Source of the DNA: Myxococcota bacterium
GTDB lineage: Bacteria > Myxococcota_A > UBA9042 > PHBI01
Direction: 5' to 3'
DNA: 64,000 nucleotides
NCBI GenBank assembly: GCA_046351155.1
Contig: JAXLYZ010000030.1
Span: forward strand, 6,534-70,533
Numbering within the stretch: the stretch's first letter is position 1; each line of letters begins with the position of its first letter. The notes beneath the pieces are model-generated. The model had not been told where the DNA came from and searched no databases. It was given only the letters and a program-made list of their open reading frames with translations. This document shows positions 14,489 to 22,686 of the stretch, piece by piece. The position numbers and the translations under genes were made by a program.

Positions 14489-14515
14489 GACACCATGAAA
14501 AAAATCGATGGTGTC
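14489..14515. promoter_or_regulatory. Perfect 8-bp inverted repeat (GACACCAT-N11-ATGGTGTC) in an AT-rich divergent intergenic region; possible operator or 5'-UTR hairpin
   Basis: Read directly from the sequence. The spacer GAAAAAAATCG contains the longest A-run in this part of the window. It lies between the divergent starts at 14448 (minus) and 14626 (plus). Confidence 0.3.
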
Positions 14516-14625
14516 GGCCGGATTCGAAGATAGAAACCGCCGCGCGGCGGCCTGACTGGGCCGTCCGGTGCCCGGCGATGACACCGGGCGGCCGATGGCC
14601 TATCCTCCGGGTTCGGAGGGGAGAC

Positions 14626-17099
14626 ATGCGTATCGGCTACCGGGCGATGGCCCGTGGCTTGGCTCTGGCGTTGTTGCCGGCCTGCTTTCCAGGGCCTCTG
14701 GAGGTCGGGACGCGGGATGCGGACGCTGCCCGCGACAGCGACGGAGTCGTTGCCGCGACCGATGCCTTCTCGGTGGACTCGGGGCGCGATGGGGCGGACG
14801 GGGACGCGGCGGCCGATGTCGAGCCCGACGCGGCAAACTGCAGCGAGGACTGCTCGGCGCTCGACTCGGCGTGCGGTCGCGGCGTCTGCCGCAACGGTGA
14901 TTGCCAGGTCGACAAGCTCGACAGCGGCGATTGCAACGACGGTTTTGGTTGCACCACCGGCGATCACTGCTCGGCCGGGGCCTGTGTCGGGACGCCCAAG
15001 GTCTGTGACGACGGCATCGCGTGCACGGTCGAGGCGTGCGTCGAGCCGACCGGCGGCTGCGCGCTCGACAGCTCGGCGTGCGAGTGCTCAGTCGATGGCG
15101 ACTGCCGGACGCCACGCTCTGCAACGGCGCCGAGCGCTGCGAGGACTTCGCCTGCGTCCAGGGCGAGGCGGTCACCTGCCCGACGACGTCGCCCACCGGC
15201 AACGTCTGCGTCGTGCCGACATGCGTGGCCGCGACCGGCGAGTGCAAGGACGCGCCGCGCGCCGGTGCCCCGAGCTGCGATGACGGCCAGGCCTGCACCA
15301 GCGGCGATCACTGCGTTGACGGCGTCTGCGAGGGCTCGGCGCGGCTCTGCGACGATGAGCTCGCCTGCAGCAGCGACAGCTGCAGCGAGGCCGCCGGAGG
15401 CTGCACAGCCGACGTCACCGGCTGCGAGTGTCAGGATGACGGCGACTGCGACGATCACAACCTGTGTGACGGTGTCGAGCACTGCGTGGACGGTCACTGC
15501 GCGGAGTCGAGCCCGGTCGTCTGTGTGGCGCCCACCGAGCCCTGCATGGAGCGCGTATGCCAGCCGGCGAGTGGGTCGTGCAAGCTGCAGGCGCGCGCCG
15601 TGAGCGTCGCCTGTGACGACGACGACGCCTGCACGCTCGGCGATCACTGCGGCGCGGGCGGCGCCGCCGGCACGTGCGTCTCCGATTCGGCGGTGGAGTG
15701 CATGGCCGTCGACGACTGCCATGACGCCGGCATCTGCAATCCCCTGTCGGGCGAGTGCACGACGACCGCGCTTACGGGCGGAGAGCTCTGCGAGTCGGCG
15801 GCAGGGTGGAACGGCGAAACCGGGAGGCCGGGCACATGTCACGGGGGCGTCTGCATTCGACTTCCCGTGCTGGCGGCAGGTGCCGAGCACGCCTGTGCGC
15901 TGTTCGCCGACGGAGGTATGCGATGCTGGGGCAAGGGCAGTACGGCTGCGCTCGGATATGGCAACTATCACGATGTCGGGATCAGCGAAGTGTTCAGTGT
16001 TCGAGGTGCCGGTATCGTGGCGTCGCCGCCGATGGCCTGGATAGCGGCCGGAGATGGAATGACGTGTGGCGGGTCCGCCGACGGGACGCGATGCTGGGGC
16101 TCATCGGACAATTGTCTCGGATATCAGAGCTGTGGCTCTGGCGCCACATTGACCCTCGGCGGCACGCCGGAGACGGTTCCGGCGAAGCTATCGACCCTTG
16201 ATCTTGGCGAGTCTGCGCGGGCCCGCCAGCTGGCAGCTGACGGCGTCCATGCCTGCTTCGTGACCGAGACCGCGACCGTGCGATGCTGGGGGGCCTATTA
16301 TTCGCAGGACACCTTCGGCGTTGGATACGTCGGCGAGCCGTACATTGGAGTCTATGGCGGGCCGAATATGGGCGATGTGCTGGACATTCAGCTCTCGCCA
16401 CCGGCCGAGGGATTCTCGGCTACAAAGGTCGCGATCAGCCTGGAGGCGACGTGCGTGTTGAGTCAAGCAGGGAGTCTGCGCTGCTGGGGCCACAAGGAAG
16501 TGTTGGGACTCGGCGACAACATCAGCGTCTTCATTGGCGATGATGAGGCGCCGTCCGCTGTCCCGCCCACATGGGATGACACGACCGATCGAGCGATCGA
16601 CATTTGCGTCGGGTCCGAGACTCCATATAACAAATTCGGTAACGCGTATCTGGTGACCGAGCACGGGAGTCTCTACGCGTGGGGCGACTCAGCGGAGTAT
16701 CTCGGAACCGGCGGCGCATCGGCCAGGACGCGGCCGAATCTCATCACCACCGGACTCGTCGCGGCCCAGGTCGTATGCAACAAGAGCCACGTGTGCCTCC
16801 TGGGAGCGAACGGCGAGGTGAGATGCTGGGGCATGAATTCTCACGGCGAACTTGGAATTGGTTCGCGCCAACAGTGGGGCCAATCTGCCCAATTTCCGGT
16901 GAGCGATGTTCCGAAGGTCCAGCTCAGCTCTCCCGCAGTCCAGGTCGTTGCCGGAAAGGAGTTCAATTGCGCAGTGCTGCGGAACGCCGAAATCGTGTGT
17001 TGGGGCGCCAACACTCACGGCCAGCTCGGAACAGACTCCACGGAGGATTTCGGTGACGAACCCGACGAATTGGTTCCAGCCATGGTCCGATTCGAATGA
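14626..17099 (+). pseudogene. Secreted protein with an N-terminal cysteine-rich repeat region and a C-terminal RCC1-like beta-propeller; one frame break as sequenced
   Basis: ATG at 14626 follows GGAGGGGAGA and gives MRIGYRAMARGLALALLPAC. Track ORF 14440..15603 reads ...CECSVDGDC and then turns to junk. Track ORF 15021..17099 continues PDATLCNGAERCEDFAC.... Restoring one base in TGCCGG (15104-15109) joins the two. The C-terminal half has repeated ..RCWG.. units (MRCWGKG, TRCWGSS, VRCWGAY, LRCWGHK, VRCWGMN, IVCWGAN). Confidence 0.8.
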
Positions 17100-17121
17100 G
17101 CAACTCTGACTGAAGGTACGC

Positions 17122-18451
17122 TTAGGGCCTGATCGGAAACTACTCAACCGTCTTGCCACCTTTCAATTTGGGTAGGATGTCGTAGTTCCAATCTCCGTGT
17201 GTCGCATGTCTCACGATATTCACTTGGCTCATGATGTCGTCAGGGACTTTGACTCCCGTCGGGTACCTTCCGGAGTCGAGTGCGGCCGTGACCCGAAGTC
17301 CAGTTCGACTCGTTGTGCTACCGATGAGAGAGACGATGGCCTCAGTCGATACGAGGGGACGGCCACGCCAGTTCATCGCGATGTGGCTGAAGAGTCGATG
17401 CTCGATCTTGTTCCACTTGCTCGTGCCCGGAGGAAGGTGGCGGACGCGAATTGTGAGGCCGGTCTCGATTGCGAGCATCTGCAGTTCGACCTTCCAGGCT
17501 CGGGTTCTCGCACTGTTGCTTCCCCCGCAGTCTGCCGTGACAAGGAGCTCCGTGGCCTCGGGGTAGGAGGACTTCCCCATCTGCAGGTACCAGCGGCGGA
17601 TCGATTCGACAGCGAACTCGGCAGTATCGTGGTCGATGCCGACATTGACCCAGCCCTCGTTTCGTCCCACGTCGTAGACGCCGTATGGGATTGCCTTTCC
17701 AAGTTCAGCGTCGACGAAGTCGTGAACGCGCACCGGTTCGGGGCGGCCTTTCAGCTGCCACTCCTGCCCGCCGTTCTTGAAGTCGCCCACGAGTTCCTTC
17801 TTCTTGGTGTCTACCGAGATCACTGGCTGGCCGGCGGCAAGAGTTCTCTGGACGTCGTCATGAATGCGCTGGAATTGCGCGTCGCGGTCAGGATGGCTGC
17901 TGCCCTCTCGCGTCTTGTCCAGCGCCTGAAGGCTGTAGCCAGCTTCGTGCAGCAACCTCCCGACGACTTGAGGACTGATGGAGAAACCCTGCGCGCCGAG
18001 CTCGGCGCTCAATCGGCGAGTGCTCTTTGTGGTCCATCGCAGAGGGCACTCCGGGTCGCCCCGTGTCGTCGGTTCGATGAGAGCGTCCAACGCCCTGGCG
18101 AGTCCTGGCTGCTTCACCACGACTGTGGGACGGCCTCCCCCCGGACGCCGGATGCCGCCGCCCGACATTTCCGGCGCGCCTTCGAGGGCGATGACCTCCT
18201 CCCGTCCACGACGCACTGTCGAGCGAGATGCTCCAGTCGCTCGCGCCACAGCGGCTACCGCACCTCGGCCCCCAGCATGCGCTTCCGCCCCCAACAGCAA
18301 CCGACGGCTACGCTCGTCGAGCGTCGGCGCCATCAACTGATACTTCACTCGCAACGCGTCCTCGTCGATCATGAACAGCGTGGATCACGGACGGCAGCAC
18401 GCCGTCAACACAAGGCTCGTTTCGGATCGATAGTTTCGGTGCAGGCCCTTA
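17122..18451. mobile_element. ISAzo13-family insertion sequence (about 1.33 kb)
   Basis: Imperfect terminal inverted repeats: TTAGGGCCTGATCGGAAACTAC (17122-17143) against the reverse complement of 18430-18451, TAAGGGCCTGCACCGAAACTAT (17 of 22 match). They enclose a single transposase ORF. The element is about 58% GC. No clear target-site duplication was seen. Confidence 0.75.
17140..18372 (-). CDS. ISAzo13-family DDE transposase
   Basis: 410 aa. Family-typical motifs: VISVDTKKKELVGDFKNGG, PYGVYDV, LLVTADCGGSNS, HLPPGTSKWNKIEHRLFS and WNYDI. The TAG stop lies inside the left inverted repeat. Confidence 0.92.
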   Translation of the reverse strand: MIDEDALRVKYQLMAPTLDERSRRLLLGAEAHAGGRGAVAAVARATGASRSTVRRGREEVIALEGAPEMSGGGIRRPGGGRPTVVVKQPGLARALDALIEPTTRGDPECPLRWTTKSTRRLSAELGAQGFSISPQVVGRLLHEAGYSLQALDKTREGSSHPDRDAQFQRIHDDVQRTLAAGQPVISVDTKKKELVGDFKNGGQEWQLKGRPEPVRVHDFVDAELGKAIPYGVYDVGRNEGWVNVGIDHDTAEFAVESIRRWYLQMGKSSYPEATELLVTADCGGSNSARTRAWKVELQMLAIETGLTIRVRHLPPGTSKWNKIEHRLFSHIAMNWRGRPLVSTEAIVSLIGSTTSRTGLRVTAALDSGRYPTGVKVPDDIMSQVNIVRHATHGDWNYDILPKLKGGKTVE

Positions 18452-20414
18452 CTGTGTGATGACGATGCATCCTTGGCTGTTCGGCGCACCCGTGCTCACG
18501 GCCCAGGCGCTGCTGCTCGTGCGCACGATCGTCTTCCCGCTGCCAGCATCGGGAACGATGGCGCTCGGGAACGGGGTGCCGGCTGGCGACAGCATATTGT
18601 TTGAGTTGTTGACCCCGTACACGACTGCGTCCTTCGGCACGGTGTCCGCCGCAATAGCTCCCACGAGCACGTTGAACAACGCGACGCCGTCGCCGGCGGC
18701 GGCGCTGGTGTTCTGCATGTTCAGCTTGCCCGTCGGCGCGGCCTGTCCGTAGACCGGTGAGCCGTTGCTGGCGTCCGAGCTCGGACCACCCACGATGAAG
18801 CACGCCCCAGCGTTGACGGTTCCGGTCAGCTGTAGCGTGCCGTACGTGTAGTCATCGCCGCCCCAGCCGAGCGACCAGCTCGACAAGTCGATATCGGCGC
18901 CGGAGCCATTGTAGAGCTTGACCCACTCGAAGTTGGTGTCGGTGCCCGCGGGGTTGTAGAGGACCTCGACGATCAGGAGGCCGATCGACGTGGCCGTCGA
19001 AAAGCCCTTGAAGGTGGCGGTCGCGTGGGCCGGGTCGACGGGCTGGCCGAGGCCGTCGGTGACGCCGCTCACGGTCACGGTGTAGTCGGCGGCGGCCGTC
19101 TGGTTCGAGGTCGTGACCTTGACGGCGGTGGTTCCGCTGAGCACCGCGGCCGTGGCGGTGAGGCCGTTGGTGAAGACGAACTGCGTCAGCGCGTTGGTGA
19201 GCGAGTCGCCGTCGATGGCCTTGTCGAAGGTCACGATGACCTCGGTCGCGCTGGTCGCCGAGGCGCCCGTGACGTGCGGAGCCGGGCAGGTCACGACGAT
19301 GTCGTCGGCGTAGTAGCTCACCGGCTCGATGGTCGTGAACGTGCCGCTGCCGTTGACGAAGCGCGTGAGCACGCCGTCGACGAGGACGGTGCAGCCGGGG
19401 GCGATGGCGAGGTCGGTGACGAGCTGGGCCGGCAGCCGCAGCTTCAGGTTGTCGCTCGCGGTCGGGTTGCCGACCGTCGTGATCTCGCCGACTGGTGGCC
19501 CGCGCCGCCGTTGCCGAACGGGCCGGCGATGAAGGCGGTGAACTCAGCGCTCGAGCGCGTAGGTGTCGTAGTCGGCGACGACGTCGACGTCGTCGAGGTC
19601 CTGCGTCCAGTTCCGCGATGTCGACCGTCAGGCCGGTCGAGCTGAGCCCGGTGTAGGCCGTCGCGTCGGGCACGCCGCTGAAGTTCTCGAGCGTCGTGAG
19701 GGTCACGTCGATGACGTCGCCCACGTCGAAGCCCGAGGTGTCGGCGACCTCGACGAAGATGGCCGGGCCCGTCGGTGAGCCCTGGATGAAGAGGCCGGCC
19801 GCCTCCGGCGAGCCCTGGGTCACCGGCACCAGCGGCTTCACGTACGTCACGACCGCGCCCTCGATGGGCCACGTCCCGGTCAGCGTGCCGGCGTCGAGGT
19901 CGTCGAGCGCCGCCTGGATCTGCTCGTCCGCCGTCGGGGTCGTCGTGTCCCCGCTCGTGTCGGTCGTGTCGTCGACCACGGTGGTGTCGTCGACCACGGT
20001 CGTGTCGTCGACCACGGTCGTGTCGTCGACCACGTTCGTGTCGTCGACCACCGTCGTGTCGTCGACCACCGTCGTGTCGTCGACCACCGTGGTGTCGTCG
20101 GCCACTTCGGTGTCGTCGCCGACCGCCGTGTCGGAGACCGTCGTGTCGGTGGCGGTCGTGTCGTCGACCGTCGTGTCGGCGGCCGTGTCCTCGACCGTCG
20201 TGTCGGTGACGGTCGTCGTGTCGGTCGGCGTCGCGGTGTCGGTTGCCGTGGTCACCGACGTGTCGGTCGCCACCGAGGTGTCGCTGCCGTCGGTCGTCGA
20301 GGTGGCATCGACCTGGACCTTGCCGCCGCTGTCGCCGCACGCCGAGGTGCCGAGCGTCAGGGCCAGAGCGGCCAGGGGAGCGAGCATTCGAGCGGTGATG
20401 CGGGACGCGATCAT
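18449..20414 (-). pseudogene. Lamin-tail-domain (LTD) lipoprotein with a Thr/Asp/Val-rich repeat linker; about three frame changes as sequenced
   Basis: ATG at 20414 gives MIASRITARMLAPLAALALTLGTSACG. A DDTTVV repeat linker follows. LTD signature: LLIVEVLYNPAGTDTNFEWVKLYNGSGADIDLSSWSL...ACFIVGG. Protein-like sequence passes through three frames between 19615 and 19490: TVDIAE / WTQDLDDVDVVADYDTYALER / AEFTAFIAGPFGNGGAG / PPVGEITTVGNPTASDN.... The TAA stop (18449-18451) lies inside the IS right inverted repeat. Confidence 0.75.
19969..20112. repeat. 18-bp tandem repeat, 7 good copies plus 1 degenerate copy (encodes DDTTVV)
   Basis: GTCGTCGACCAC[GC]GT[GC]GT repeats head-to-tail from 19969. The copies differ by 1-2 nt. 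Confidence 0.9.
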
Positions 20415-20465
20415 GTCAGTCTCCAGTGCGAACCGCCGGCGACTTGGCGTGGCGGACCGCCAAAG

Positions 20466-21275
20466 TCAAGTAGCGTCGCCGGGCGGCTCGGCAAGCGCGA
20501 GGGGGAAACCCTTGGTCGACGCCAGGTGCCGCGCCGCACCCAGGAAGTCGGCCGGCAGCCGCGCGAAATAGCGCATGGCCGCGGGCAGCGTGCCGAACGT
20601 GCGCTCGAGCGCGCCGAAGCGCCCGGGATCGTCGGCGACGTTCGAGCGCACCAGCGGCGGCGTCGTCGGGTCCGCGCGAAAGGCCTGCACGAAGGCCAGC
20701 AATCGCCGGTGGTAGTCGGGCTCCTCGACGATGGCGCCGATGCTGGCCTGGCGCGGGTGCTCGCCGGCGATGATGGCGCGCGTCTGGCGCTCGAGCTCGT
20801 CGAGGCCGTCGGCGTGGCTCGACAGGAGCTGCACGTCGTAGATCGGGTTGGCGTGGACCACCTGCAAGAGGTGGCCGATGATGGCGTCGCGATCCACGAA
20901 GAAGCCGACCGGATCGATCATCGCCGCCGGGTCGTCGGCGATGCGGAGCAGCTGATGGAACCAGAAGGAGATGCCCTTCGAGGCGTAGTAGTCGGCCGCC
21001 GCCGGCGTGATCCAGAAGCGCACCATGTCGATCGAGCCGGCGATGACCTGCACGCGATTGGGGACGACCTCGACCAGGCCGAGCGCATGCAGCCGCGCGA
21101 AGCGATCGTCGAGCACGCGCGGGCTGACCCAGGCGCCGAGCGTGCGCCCGAGCTTGGCGAGCTTCGGCCCGAGCGAGGTGCGCGGGCCGGCCGCCGCACG
21201 GAGGAGCGCCAGCGCCGACTCGCGCGTGCGCGCCGTGTCGCCGCCCCGGTCGCCATCGGTCATCGCACTGGCCAT
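20466..21275 (-). CDS. Hypothetical protein with no motif I recognise
   Basis: Track ORF 20466..21332. ATG at 21275 follows AAGGAGGG with a 9-nt spacer. Amino-acid composition is ordinary (FWITPAAADYYASKGISFWFHQLL...), unlike the Arg/Ala-rich alternate frames. Confidence 0.7.
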   Translation of the reverse strand: MASAMTDGDRGGDTARTRESALALLRAAAGPRTSLGPKLAKLGRTLGAWVSPRVLDDRFARLHALGLVEVVPNRVQVIAGSIDMVRFWITPAAADYYASKGISFWFHQLLRIADDPAAMIDPVGFFVDRDAIIGHLLQVVHANPIYDVQLLSSHADGLDELERQTRAIIAGEHPRQASIGAIVEEPDYHRRLLAFVQAFRADPTTPPLVRSNVADDPGRFGALERTFGTLPAAMRYFARLPADFLGAARHLASTKGFPLALAEPPGDAT

Positions 21276-21313
21276 CGCGCAACACCCTCCTTCGACCGCG
21301 CGAGTATGCAGAG

Positions 21314-22177
21314 TTGATCGACTCCATGACACCCCTCATCGTCGGGGACCTGCCCGAGGCGCTCGCCGGGCCGCTGCGCGTCGGCCGCTGGCGCGACGTC
21401 CTCGCCCGCCTCGGCGATGGGCCGTGGCCCGAGGCCGCGCTGGCCGCGTGCTGCGCGCTCACCCATCGCGCGCCGCGCGTCGTGCTCGCCCGACCCGAGC
21501 AGGCCATCGCGCTCGAGGCCGACGTGACCCTCGAGCTCGCGCCGCTGCCGCGCGATGCCGAGCGTCGGCCGCGCGTCATCCGGCCGTTCGATCCCTCCGC
21601 GGCCGCTCCCGACCCCGATCCGGCCATCCTATATATAGGCGGCCGCGGCCGCTTCGTAGCGCCCGGCCGCGCCACCGCCGCGCCCATCAGCGCCGCGAGC
21701 CTCGCCTTCGCGCTCATGGTCGGCGCGCGCTCCGAGCTCCTGCCGACGGTCGCGCTCGACCCGGCGCCCGACGCGCTCCCGGCCGGCGTCGCCACGCTGC
21801 GCACGATAGCCGGCCGGGTGCGGCTGCCGCCCGGGCTCGCGCCCGCGCCGCGTCCGAGCCTGCCCGACCCGCCGCCGCGCGATCCGCTCGCGGCCGCCCT
21901 GGAGGCGCTCGTCAGGCAGCACGCCTTCCGCGTGGAGAGCGGGCCGTCGGCCTTCGCCACGCTGCGCCGCGAGGCCGACCGCATCCTGAAGGAGGAGGTC
22001 CGCGCGCGCCGCATCACCGCCTATGCGCTCGCGGTCGGACCCGGCGCCGACGACGACGGCCCGGTCGCCATCGAGGTCCACGTGCGCCTGCCGCGCCGCG
22101 TGCGCCAGGTCATCTTCCGCATCGGACCCATCGGCGACGACGGCGAGGTCCACGTCCGCTCGAGCGACGCTCCCTAG
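21314..22177 (+). CDS. Hypothetical Pro/Ala/Arg-rich protein with no motif I recognise
   Basis: Track ORF beginning with TTG at 21314; an alternative ATG is at 21326. Divergent from the previous gene. The coding call rests on ORF length and plausible segments (RITAYALAVGPGADDDGPVAIEVHVRLP). Confidence 0.55.
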   Translation: MIDSMTPLIVGDLPEALAGPLRVGRWRDVLARLGDGPWPEAALAACCALTHRAPRVVLARPEQAIALEADVTLELAPLPRDAERRPRVIRPFDPSAAAPDPDPAILYIGGRGRFVAPGRATAAPISAASLAFALMVGARSELLPTVALDPAPDALPAGVATLRTIAGRVRLPPGLAPAPRPSLPDPPPRDPLAAALEALVRQHAFRVESGPSAFATLRREADRILKEEVRARRITAYALAVGPGADDDGPVAIEVHVRLPRRVRQVIFRIGPIGDDGEVHVRSSDAP

Positions 22178-22183
22178 AGGCCT

Positions 22184-22666
22184 CTAGCTGCCCGGGCCTT
22201 CGGCGCGCCCGGCCAGCGCCGTCTCGGCGTGCGCCAGGTGGCGCGCGATGGGCACGTCGGCGTCGGCCAGGTCGAAGTCGAGAAGCTCGGACGGGTCGAC
22301 CCAGGCCAGCGCGTCGTGGTCCTTGGGCGTCCAGCCGCCGCCGGCCAGGCGCGCCTCGTAGGCCATGAGCAGCACCTCGCCGAGGCCCGGCCCGTAGTCG
22401 TGGCGGTTGGTCATGGCGTGCGTCACGACGTGCGTGTCGACGCCGAGCTCCTCGCGCAGCTCGCGGACGAGGCAGTCCTCGGGCGTCTCGTCGGGCTCGA
22501 TCTTGCCGCCCGGGAACTCCCACTTGCCGCCGTGGCGGCGCTCGGGTCGGCGGCGCGCCAGCAGCACGGCGCGTCGGTTCCGCGGCTCGGCGAAGCCGGC
22601 GATGAACCACGGCGTGGCGCCGAAGATGTCGACGCCGGGCCGGATGATGCCGGCCGTGACGCGGAC
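22184..22666 (-). CDS. NUDIX hydrolase (MutT-like); start codon unresolved
   Basis: NUDIX box GGKIEPDETPEDCLVRELREELGV. The homologous region starts around VTAGIIRPG (about 22660). No ATG, GTG or TTG lies in frame between there and the upstream gene's stop at 22687. Confidence 0.8.
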   Translation of the reverse strand, partial: VRVTAGIIRPGVDIFGATPWFIAGFAEPRNRRAVLLARRRPERRHGGKWEFPGGKIEPDETPEDCLVRELREELGVDTHVVTHAMTNRHDYGPGLGEVLLMAYEARLAGGGWTPKDHDALAWVDPSELLDFDLADADVPIARHLAHAETALAGRAEGPGS

Positions 22667-22686
22667 CGGACCTTGGGATGCGGCGC

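Noticed and set aside
14511-14535. TTCGAATCC on the minus strand followed by ..CACCA, resembling a tRNA T-loop and 3' end
   Set aside because: No complementary T-stem 5' arm, acceptor stem or anticodon arm can be drawn from the flanking sequence. I found no other tRNA-like T-arm in the window either.
9691-20112. Possible CRISPR array (49-bp-period repeats at 9695-9785; 18-bp repeats at 19969-20112)
   Set aside because: The first has only two direct copies with a 7-nt gap. The second has no spacers and lies in frame within a coding region. No cas genes are present.
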